Source: the human T2T-CHM13v2.0 reference genome, Homo sapiens | Assembly (NCBI RefSeq): GCF_009914755.1 | Contig: NC_060946.1 | Length of the DNA: 64,000 nucleotides | Reading direction: 5' to 3' (one strand) | Notes under the pieces: generated by a model | The model's database searches: none | Seen by the model: only the letters and a program-made list of their open reading frames with translations | What the model was told of the DNA's origin: nothing | Part shown: positions 1 to 11,151 of the stretch, piece after piece | Numbering within the stretch: position 1 is the stretch's first letter | How the letters are laid out: every line of letters begins with the position of its first letter | Translations under genes and position numbers: made by a program

Positions 1-32
1 TGAGCCTGACACCGTCGAATTAAACACCTTGA

Positions 33-218
<186 letters not shown>

Positions 219-291
219 CTCTTTCATTGGTTTTCACTGGAGATTCTAGATTCGAGCCACACCTCATTCCGTGCCACAGAGAGACTTCTTT

Positions 292-3200
292 TTTTTTTTT
301 TTTTTTTTAAGCGCAACGCAACATGTCTGCCTTATTTGAGTGGCTTCCTATATCATTATAATTGTGTTATAGATGAAGAAACGGTATTAAACACTGTGCT
401 AATGATAGTGAAAGTGAAGACAAAAGAAAGGCTATCTATTTTGTGGTTAGAATAAAGTTGCTCAGTATTTAGAGCTACCTAAATACGTCAGCATTTACAC
501 TCTTCCTAGTAAAAGCTGGCCGATCTGAATAATCCTCCTTTAAACAAACACAATTTTTGATAGGGTTAAGATTTTTTTAAGAATGCGACTCCTGCAAAAT
601 AGCTGAACAGACGATACACATTTAAAAAAATAACAACACAAGGATCAACCAGACTTGGGAAAAAATCGAAAACCACACAAGTCTTATGAAGAACTGAGTT
701 CTTAAAATAGGACGGAGAACGTAGCTATCGGAAGAGAAGGCAGTATTGGCAAGTTGATTGTTACGTTGGTCAGCAGTAGCTGGCACTATCTTTTTGGCCA
801 TCTTTCGGGCAATGTAACTACTACAGCAAAATGAGATATGATCCATTAAACAACATATTCGCAAATCAAAAAGTGTTTCAGTAATATAATGCTTCAGATT
901 TAGAAGCAAATCAAATGATAGAACTCCACTGCTGTAATAAGTCACCCCAAAGATCACCGTATCTGACAAAATAACTACCACAGGGTTATGACTTCAGAAT
1001 CATACTTTCTCTTGATATTTACTTATGTATGTATTTATTTTTTTTAATTTATTTCTCTTGAGACGGCGTCTCGCTCTGTCGCCCAGGCTGGAGTGCGATG
1101 GTGTGATCTCGGCTCACTGCAACCGCCACCTCCCTGGGTTCAAGCGATTCTCCTGCCTCAGCCTCCCGAGTAGCTGGGACTACAGGTGCCCGCCACCACG
1201 CCCAGCTAATCTTTATACTTTTAATAGAGACGGGGTTTCACCGTGTCGGCCCGGATGGTCTCGATCTCTTGACCTCGTGACCCGCCCGCCTCGGCCTCCC
1301 AAAGTGCTGGGATGACAGGCGTGAGCCACTGAGCCCGGCCTTCTCTTGACGTTTAAACTATGAAGTCAGTCCAGAGAAACGCAATAAATGTCAACGGTGA
1401 GGATGGTGTTGAGGCAGAAGTAGGACCACACTTTTTCCTATCTTATTCAGTTGATAACAATATGACCTAGGTAGTAATTTCCTATGTGCCTACTTATACA
1501 CGAGTACAAAAGAGTAAAACAGAGAGACTGCTAAATTAAAGGGTACGTGAAGTTCTTCATAGTAACTCCGTAAACTGGAACACTGTCAAAAAGCAGCAGC
1601 TAGTGAATTGTTTCCATGTATTTTTCTATGATCCAATAAGTGAACTATGCTATTCCTTTCCAGTCTCCCAAGCACTTCTTGTCCCCATCACCACTTCGGT
1701 GCTCGAAGAAAAAGTAACAAATCAAGGAACACAACTAAAGAAACACACACACAAACCAAAGACAACTACAGCGTCTGCAAAAGTTTGCTAGAAGACTGAA
1801 ACTGTTGAGTATAAGGATCTGGTATTCTACGATCATGAGTTCACTTCAGAGTTTGTTCAAGACATACGTTTCGTAAGGAAACATCTTAGTTAGAAGTTAT
1901 TCAGCAGTAGGTACCATCCCTAAGTATTTTTCACCAAATCCGTGACAATAAAGAGCTATCTAACCAGAAAAATTAGCGAGTACCGGCACCATCCATAGGG
2001 CTTTGTCTTTACGCTTCATTAGCACTTACCATGCCTTACAATGTCTAGGATTGACCCTGATAGCATTTCGAAAACAAGCTAATGCTTTGTCCAGTTCTTC
2101 AGTGAAGACAAGCTCACGCCCTAATGCGCTATAGGCATAAGCATCATTTGGATCCACTTCGAGAGTTCTCTGGAAGAATTGAATCGCAATATCGTGTTCC
2201 CGTTGCAGACCGAAACAGTTCCCTGCAGCACACCAGGCCTCTGGCTGGCGAATTTTTATCCATGTCTGTGAAGTCTTTGGACAGAACTGAAAGAGCAACC
2301 TCTTTCGGAGGATGCCAAAGTGTTGTAGAGTAGATCTCCATGCCTTCGACTCTGTAATTCTCAATCCTCCTAACCTCTGAGAATTGTCTTTCAGCTTGCG
2401 TGGACTCTGAAAGTTTACAATAGGCCCTTCCGATTTGGCACAGTACCCAACCGGTATTGCAGTGGTGAGAAGCTAGATGGCTCAAGATGCTGATAGCTTC
2501 TTTGCCGTGGTAAGAACACAAAGCTAAATAACCTTTCCCCCTTTCACGAAGAAGGCTCAGCAAGCCTTCCGCTGCTGCTTTTTGTAGATTAAAAGCCTGA
2601 ATCTGAGGCGCGATTGCGGCTATTTTCCCTTCTGAAATGACGGAAGAGTCCAATTTTGTCACTTCCAGGCTATCACTTATGTTCGGTGGAGTTATTGCTC
2701 CTTTATTAGTTTTACTTTTGGTTCTTCTGTTTGGGATTTTAGGTGGAAACTTCATTTTTAATTTTCTCCTATTCTCCTCGGTTGTGGAGCTGTCACTAGT
2801 CAAGAGTCGTGAATTTCTTCGAGGCGGTGCATTTGGGGGAGATGCCATAGTGGGGCTCAATACCTGAGGTGTTGCCCTTGTCGGCGGACCAGAACTTTGT
2901 GTTTTTGCAAGGACTGGAGTTACCTTTCGGCTCTTTCCCCTCTGCGAGAAGACAGACGGTGTTCCGGTTTGGCCGATTCTGGCAACAGGCTTTTCTGAAG
3001 GGGCTCCGGTGGATGGCACGTCAGTGACAGACGGTGTCTCATACCAGTGCAGTTTTGTCAATAGGGTCCGTCTCCGGGACTTGGGGTTTCTAATGGCAAA
3101 ATGCCAACACTTGGGGTTAATGGACTAACAGCTGCTGGTCCTCCTAATAAACTTCGACCAGTTTTTGGTTTATGTTGAACCTGTTTAGATCATATGGAAG

Positions 3201-4088
3201 TTCCTGTTCCCAGTGGGACAGTATCAGGTGAAAGGACAGCTGAATCGATAGAAGACACTGGGGAGTCTGTATTCAAGGAGTACTTTGAATTGGAAGATTC
3301 TAAATTCCATCCGTTTCATTCGACGGTGTCCTGGGGTGTTTCCGTAAGAACGGTCTCGGGCTGTCTGTGACATAAACTAGGACGAGGTCCAAGTGTTGTG
3401 GCGCAACACTTGGACAGGCAGTTGCTAAAGCTCTCTAGAGAGGTGAATCAAAATGTTTGGTCAGGATCTGGCTTTTCCCCCCTATTTCACATCATGATTC
3501 AAAGGGACACCAGAGGAAAGGATTTCAACGAAGGCTCTTTTGGTCACATTCTGATCCTTTGGTAAGCCGATCTGTCTTGCAATATACATGTCCCGACGAT
3601 GGAAGGGGAAAGCGAGCTGAATCACCAAACTCAGGAACGATAATATCATCGTGGCTTTTCTGCTTATGAAACACTCCACCCGATAAGATTTGATCCCCTT
3701 CTGCAAGCTTGCTGAGATCAACACAACATTTCGCAAGCAGGCATTTGCATTGCGGGGTAGTACAACTGTGTCCTTTCAAGAGTCTATATGTTTTATAGGC
3801 CTTTCCTGAGCGGTAAGAACAGGTCGCCAGTAAGAACAAGGCTTCTTCTGAGTGTACTTCTGCATAAAGGCGTTCTGCGGGGGAAACCGCATCTCGGTAG
3901 GCATAGTGGTTTAGTGCTTGCCATATAGCAGCCTGGACGGGTCCCTGCAGCACCGCCATCCTCGAGGCTCAGGCCCACTTTCTGCAGTGCCACAGGCACC
4001 CCCCCCCCCCCATAGCGGCTCCGGCCCGGCCAGCCCCGGCTCATTTAAAGGCACCAGCCGCCGTTACCGGGGGATGGGGGAGTCCGAG
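292..4088 (-). pseudogene. CDC27P: CDC27 (APC3) retro-pseudogene: 5'UTR-like segment, spliced exons (ATG 3959 to donor at ~2029), intron-like tail and poly(A)
   Basis: Translations MAVLQGPVQAAIWQALNHYAYRDA..., ...KLKMKFPPKIPNRRTKSKTNKG... and ...EAWCAAGNCFGLQREHDIAI...NAIRVNPRH match CDC27 with no introns between them; nonsense codons (3525-3527, 3492-3494, 3058-3060) and frameshifts (CTGG duplication 2241-2248); poly(T) 289-308; TSD 276-291/4089-4104. Confidence 0.95.
1022..1340 (-). mobile_element. Full-length AluY-like element inside the 3' part of the CDC27 retrocopy
   Basis: Dimeric Alu with GGGACTACAGG and GGATGGTCTCGATCTC; flanking TTCTCTTGATATTTA (1007-1021) / TTCTCTTGACGTTTA (1341-1355) resemble a TSD. 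Confidence 0.92.
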
Positions 4089-4613
4089 ACAGAATGACTT
4101 CTTTATCCTGCTGACTCTGGAAAGCCCGGCGCCTTGTGATCCATTGCAAACCGAGAGTCACCTCGTGTTTAGAACACGGATCCACTCCCAAGTTCAGTGG
4201 GGGGATGTGAGGGGTGTGGCAGGTAGGACGAAGGACTCTCTTCCTTCTGATTCGGTCTGCACAGTGGGGCCTAGGGCTGGAGCTCTCTCCGTGCGGACCG
4301 CTGACTCCCTCTACCTTGGGTTCCCTCGGCCCCACCCTGGAACGCCGGGCCTTGGCAGATTCTGGCCCTTCCTGGCCCTTCAGTCGCTGTCAGAAACCCC
4401 ATCTCATGCTCGGATGCCCCGAGTGACTGTGGCTCGCACCTCTCCGGAAACATTGGAAATCTCTCCTCTACGCGCGGCCACCTGAAACCACAGGAGCTCG
4501 GGACACACGTGCTTTCGGGAGAGAATGCTGAGAGTCTCTTGCCGACTCTCTCTTGACTTGAGTTCTTCGTGGGTGCGTGGTTAAGACGTAGTGAGACCAG
4601 ATGTATTAACTCA

Positions 4614-4780
4614 GGCCGGGTGCTGGTGGCTCACGCCTGTAACCCCAACACTTTGGGAGGCCGAGGCCGTAGGATCCCTCGAGGAATCGCCTAACCCTGG
4701 GGAGGTTGAGGTTGCAGTGAGTGAGCCATAGTTGTGTCACTGTGCTCCAGTCTGGGCGAAAGACAGAATGAGGCCCTGCC
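4614..4780 (+). mobile_element. Internally deleted, diverged Alu followed by (CAGG)n
   Basis: GGCCGGGTGCTGGTGGCTCACGCCTGTAACCCCAACACTTTGGGAGGCCGAGG joined to GAGGTTGCAGTGAG. Confidence 0.85.
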
Positions 4781-4877
4781 ACAGGCAGGCAGGCAGGCAG
4801 GCAGGCAGAAAGACAACAGCTGTATTATGTTCTTCTCAGGGTAGGAAGCAAAAATAACAGAATACAGCACTTAATTA

Positions 4878-5176
<299 letters not shown>

Positions 5177-5182
5177 GGCTAC

Positions 5183-5576
<394 letters not shown>

Positions 5577-5631
5577 TATTTATCTATTTATTAACTTTGA
5601 GTCCAGGTTATGAAACCAGTTAGTTTTTGTA

Positions 5632-5759
5632 ATTTTTTTTTTTTTTTTTTTTTTTTGAGACGAGGTTTCACCGTGTTGCCAAGGCTTGGACCGAGGGATC
5701 CACCGGCCCTCGGCCTCCCAAAAGTGCGGGGATGACAGGCGCGAGCCTACCGCGCCCGG
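5632..5759 (-). mobile_element. Alu left-monomer (FLAM-like) fragment
   Basis: Poly(T) + GAGACGAGGTTTCACCGTGTTG...CTCGGCCTCCCAAAAGTG. Confidence 0.8.
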
Positions 5760-6562
5760 ACCCCCCCTTTCCCCTTCCCCCGCTTGTCTTCCCGACAGAC
5801 AGTTTCACGGCAGAGCGTTTGGCTGGCGTGCTTAAACTCATTCTAAATAGAAATTTGGGACGTCAGCTTCTGGCCTCACGGACTCTGAGCCGAGGAGTCC
5901 CCTGGTCTGTCTATCACAGGACCGTACACGTAAGGAGGAGAAAAATCGTAACGTTCAAAGTCAGTCATTTTGTGATACAGAAATACACGGATTCACCCAA
6001 AACACAGAAACCAGTCTTTTAGAAATGGCCTTAGCCCTGGTGTCCGTGCCAGTGATTCTTTTCGGTTTGGACCTTGACTGAGAGGATTCCCAGTCGGTCT
6101 CTCGTCTCTGGACGGAAGTTCCAGATGATCCGATGGGTGGGGGACTTAGGCTGCGTCCCCCCAGGAGCCCTGGTCGATTAGTTGTGGGGATCGCCTTGGA
6201 GGGCGCGGTGACCCACTGTGCTGTGGGAGCCTCCATCCTTCCCCCCACCCCCTCCCCAGGGGATCCCAATTCATTCCGGGCTGACACGCTCACTGGCAGG
6301 CGTCGGGCATCACCTAGCGGTCACTGTTACTCTGAAAACGGAGGCCTCACAGAGGAAGGGAGCACCAGGCCGCCTGCGCACAGCCTGGGGCAACTGTGTC
6401 TTCTCCACCGCCCCCGCCCCCACCTCCAAGTTCCTCCCTCCCTTGTTGCCTAGGAAATCGCCACTTTGACGACCGGGTCTGATTGACCTTTGATCAGGCA
6501 AAAACGAACAAACAGATAAATAAATAAAATAACACAAAAGTAACTAACTAAATAAAATAAGT

Positions 6563-6707
6563 CAATACAACCCATTACAATACAATAAGATACGATACGA
6601 TAGGATGCGATAGGATACGATAGGATACAATACAATAGGATACGATACAATACAATACAATACAATACAATACAATACAATACAATACAATACAATACAA
6701 TACAATA
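6563..6707 (+). repeat. (CAATA/CGATA/GGATA)n pentanucleotide microsatellite
   Basis: Directly visible tandem pentamers. Confidence 0.95.
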
Positions 6708-6708
6708 C

Positions 6709-7086
<378 letters not shown>

Positions 7087-7087
7087 T

Positions 7088-7553
<466 letters not shown>

Positions 7554-7825
7554 TTAACTTCATTTTATGTTATTATCATGATTGATGTTTCGAGACGGAG
7601 TCTCGGAGGCCCGCCCTCCCTGGTTGCCCAGACAACCCCGGGAGACAGACCCTGGCTGGGCCCGATTGTTCTTCTCCTTGGTCAGGGGTTTCCTTGTCTT
7701 TCTTCGTGTCTTTAACCCGCGTGGACTCTTCCGCTCGGGTTTGACAGATGGCAGCTCCACTTTAGGCCTTGTTGTTGTTGGGGACTTTCCTGATTCTCCC
7801 CAGATGTAGTGAAAGCAGGTAGATT

Positions 7826-7855
7826 TGCCTTGCCTGGACTTGCCTGGCCTTGCCT
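7826..7855 (+). promoter_or_regulatory. RGC (ribosomal gene cluster) p53 response element
   Basis: TGCCTTGCCT-GGACTTGCCT-GGCCTTGCCT: tandem RRRCWWGYYY-type decamers with a perfect middle one; recognised as the classic RGC p53 site. Confidence 0.85.
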
Positions 7856-7888
7856 TTTCTTTCTTTCTTTCTTTATTACTTTCTCTTT

Positions 7889-7958
7889 TTCTTCTTCTTC
7901 TTCTTCTTCTTCTTCTTCTTCTTCTTCTTCTTCTTCTTCTTCTTCTTCTTCTTCTTCT
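7889..7958 (+). repeat. (TTC)n trinucleotide tract (Alu tail, GAA on minus strand)
   Basis: About 23 uninterrupted TTC units abutting the Alu poly(T). Confidence 0.95.
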
Positions 7959-8250
7959 TTTTTTTTTGAGACAGAGTTTCACTCTTGTTGCCCAGGCTAG
8001 AGGGCAATGGCGCGATCTCGGCTCACCGCACCCTCCGCCTCCCAGGTTCAAGCGATTCTCCTGCCTCAGCCTCCTGATTAGCTGGGATTACAGGCATGGG
8101 CCACCGTGCCTGGCTGATGTTTGTACTTTTAGTAGAGACGGTGTTTTTCCATGTTGGTCAGGCTGGTCTCCCACTCCCAACCTCAGGTGGTCCGCCTGCC
8201 TTAGCCTCCCAAAGTGCTGGGATGACAGGCGTGAGCCACCGCGCCCAGCC
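7959..8250 (-). mobile_element. AluSp/Sq-like element
   Basis: GAGACAGAGTTTCACTCTTGTTGCCCAGGCT...GTGAGCCACCGCGCCCAGCC. Confidence 0.9.
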
Positions 8251-8872
8251 TCTCTCTCTCTCTCTCTCTCTCTCTCGCTCGCTTGCTTGCTTTCGTGCTT
8301 TCTTGCTTTCCCGTTTTCTTGCTTTCTTTCTTTCTTTCGTTTCTTTCTTGCTTGCTTTCTTGCTTGCTTGCTTGCTTTCGTGCTTTCTTGCTTTCCTGTT
8401 TTCTTTCTTTCTTTCTTTCTTTTGTTTCTTTCTTGCTTGCTTTCTTGCTTGCTTGCTTTCGTGCTTTCTTGTTTTCTCGCTTTCTTTCTTTCTTTTGTTT
8501 CTTTCCTGCTTGCTTTCTTGCTTGATTGCTTTCGTGCTTTCTTGCTTTCTTGTTTTCTTTCTTTCTTTTGTTTCTTTCTTTCTTGCTTCCTTGTTTTCTT
8601 GCTTTCTTGCTTGCTTGCTTTCGTGCTTTCTTGTTTTCTTGCTTTCTTTCTTTTGTTTCTTTCTTGCTTGCTTTCTTGCTTCCTTGTTTTCTTGCTTTCT
8701 TGCTTGCTTGCTTTCGTGCTTTCTTGCTTTCTTTTCTTTCTTTCTTTTCTTTTTCTTTCTTTCTTTCTTTCTTGCTTTCTTTTCTTTCATTCATTCCTTC
8801 TTTCTTTTCTTTCTTTCTTCCTTCCTTCCTTCCTTCCTTCCTTCCTTTCTTTCTTTCTTTCTGTTTCGTCCT
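8250..8872 (+). repeat. Compound (CT)/(CTTG)/(CTTT)/(TTCC) low-complexity repeat
   Basis: Directly visible; recurring GCTTTCGTGCTTTCTTG motif. Confidence 0.92.
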
Positions 8873-9165
<293 letters not shown>

Positions 9166-9469
9166 TGTTGACTCATTTCGCTTTTTTATTTCTTTCGTTT
9201 CCACGCGTTTACTTATATGTATTAATGTAAACGTTTCTGTACGCTTATATGCAAACAACGACAACGTGTATCTCTGCATTGAATACTCTTGCGTATGGTA
9301 AATACGTATCGGTTGTATGGAAATAGACTTCTGTATGATAGATGTAGGTGTCTGTGTTATACAAATAAATACACATCGCTCTATAAAGAAGGGATCGTCG
9401 ATAAAGACGTTTATTTTACGTATGAAAAGCGTCGTATTTATGTGTGTAAATGAACGAGCGTACGTAGTT

Positions 9470-10025
9470 ATCTCTGTTTTCTTTCTTCCTCTCCTTCGTG
9501 TTTTTCTTCCTTCCTTTCTTCCTTTCTCTCCTTCTTTAGGTTTTTCTTCCTCTCTTCCTTTCCTTCTTTCTCTCTTTCTGTCCTTTTTTCCTTCGTGCTT
9601 TATTTCTCTTTCGTTCCCTGTGTTTCCTTCTTTTTTCTTTCCTCTCTGTTTCTTTTTCCCTTCTTTCCTTCGTTTCTTTCCTCATTCTTTCTCTCTTTTT
9701 CGTGTTTCTTTCCTTCCCGTCTGTCTTTTAAAAAATGGAGTGTTTCAGAAGTTTACTTTGTGTATCTACGTTTTCTAAATTGTCTCTCTTTTCTCCATTT
9801 TCTTCCTCCCTCCCTCCCTCCCTCCCTCCCTGCTCCCTTCCCTCCCTCCTTCCCTTTCGCCATCTGTCTCTTTTCCCCACTCCCCTCCCCCCGTCTGTCT
9901 CTGCGTGGATTCCGGAAGAGCCTACGCATTCTGCCTCTCCGTGTGTCTGCAGCGACCCGCGACCGAGTCCTTGTGTGTTCTTTCTCCCTCCCTCCCTCCC
10001 TCCCTCCCTCCCTCCCTCCCTCCCT
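9470..10025 (+). repeat. Pyrimidine-rich low-complexity region with (CCCT)n tracts
   Basis: Directly visible. Confidence 0.85.
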
Positions 10026-10249
10026 GCTTCCGAGAGGCATCTCCAAACACCCACGCGCCGTGGGTTGTCTTCTGACTCTGTCGCGGTCGAGGCAGAGACG
10101 CGTTTTGGGCACCGTTTGTGTGGGGTTGGGGCAGAGGGGCTGCGTTTTCGGCCTCGGGAAGAGCTTCTCGACTCACGGTTTCGCTTTCGCGGTCCACGGG
10201 CCGCCCTGCCAGCCGGATCTGTCTCGCTGACGTCCGCGGCGGTTGTCGG

Positions 10250-10263
10250 GCTCCATCTGGCGG
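10250..10263 (-). promoter_or_regulatory. CTCF-binding motif upstream of the spacer promoter (about -880)
   Basis: Minus strand CCGCCAGATGGAGC vs CTCF core CCRSYAGRKGGCGC; CTCF binding just upstream of the human spacer promoter is established. Confidence 0.65.
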
Positions 10264-10460
10264 CCGCTTTGAGATCGTGCTCTCGGCTTCCGGAGCTGCG
10301 GTGGCAGCTGCCGAGGGAGGGGACCGTCCCCGCTGTGAGCTAGGCAGAGCTCCGGAAAGCCCGCGGTCGTCAGCCCGGCTGGCCCGGTGGCGCCAGAGCT
10401 GTGGCGCGTCGCTTGTGAGTCACAGCTCTGGCGTGCAGGTTTATGTGGGGGAGAGGCTGT

Positions 10461-10552
10461 CGCTGCGCTTCTGGGCCCGCGGCGGGCGTGGGGCTGCCCG
10501 GGCCGGTCGACCAGCGCGCCGTAGCTCCCGAGGCCCGAGCCGCGACCCGCGG
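10461..10552 (+). ncRNA. MIR6724: MIR6724 hairpin (rDNA-derived annotated miRNA)
   Basis: Recognised mature sequence CTGGGCCCGCGGCGGGCGTGGGG at 10471-10493. Confidence 0.7.
10505..10514 (+). terminator. Spacer terminator (Tsp)-like Sal box / TTF1 site
   Basis: GGTCGACCAG, 10 of 11 bases of the human Sal box GGGTCGACCAG, ~630 bp upstream of the TSS. Confidence 0.7.
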
Positions 10553-10957
10553 GGACCCGCCGCGCGTGGCGCGGGAGGCTGGGGACGCCCTTCCCGGCCC
10601 GGTCGCGGGTCCGCGCTCATCCTGGCCGTCTGAGGCGGCGGCCGAATTCGTTTCCGAGTCCCCGTGGGGAGCCGGGGACCGTCCCGCCCCCGTCCCCCGG
10701 GTGCCGGGGAGCGGTCCCTCTGCCGCGATCCTTTCTGGCGAGTCCCCGTGCGGAGTCGGAGAGCGCTCCCTGAGCGCGCGTGCGGCCCGAGAGGTCGCGC
10801 CTGGCCGGCCTTCGGTCCCTCGTGTGTCCCGGTCGTAGGAGGGGCCGGCCGAAAATGCTTCCGGCTCCCGCTCTGGAGACACGGGCCGGCCCCCTGCGTG
10901 TGGCACGGGCGGCCGGGAGGGCGTCCCCGGCCCGGCGCTGCTCCCGCGTGTGTCCTG

Positions 10958-10968
10958 GGGTTGACCAG
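10958..10968 (+). terminator. Promoter-proximal terminator T0 (variant Sal box)
   Basis: GGGTTGACCAG at -176..-166, one mismatch to the Sal box, in the expected T0 position. Confidence 0.7.
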
Positions 10969-10977
10969 AGGGCCCCG

Positions 10978-11151
10978 GGCGCTCCGTGTGTGGCTGCGAT
11001 GGTGGCGTTTTTGGGGACAGGTGTCCGTGTCGCGCGTCGCCTGGGCCGGCGGCGTGGTCGGTGACGCGACCTCCCGGCCCCGGGGGAGGTATATCTTTCG
11101 CTCCGAGTCGGCATTTTGGGCCGCCGGGTTATTGCTGACACGCTGTCCTCT
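10978..11151 (+). promoter_or_regulatory. RNA polymerase I 47S promoter (UCE about -156..-107; core about -45..+18; TSS 11134)
   Basis: AGGTATATCTTTCGCTCCGAGTCGGCATTTTGGGCCGCCGGGTTATT|GCTGACACGCTGTCCTCTGG is the human rDNA core promoter. Confidence 0.96.

Noticed and set aside
2144-3959. 305-aa and 144-aa CDC27-like ORFs as a functional gene
   Set aside because: Fragments separated by nonsense codons and frameshifts; the 305-aa ORF has a non-ATG start; this is a retrocopy.
7591-7605. Hairpin CGAGAC-GGA-GTCTCG
   Set aside because: Inherent palindrome at the Alu 3' end; no separate function implied.
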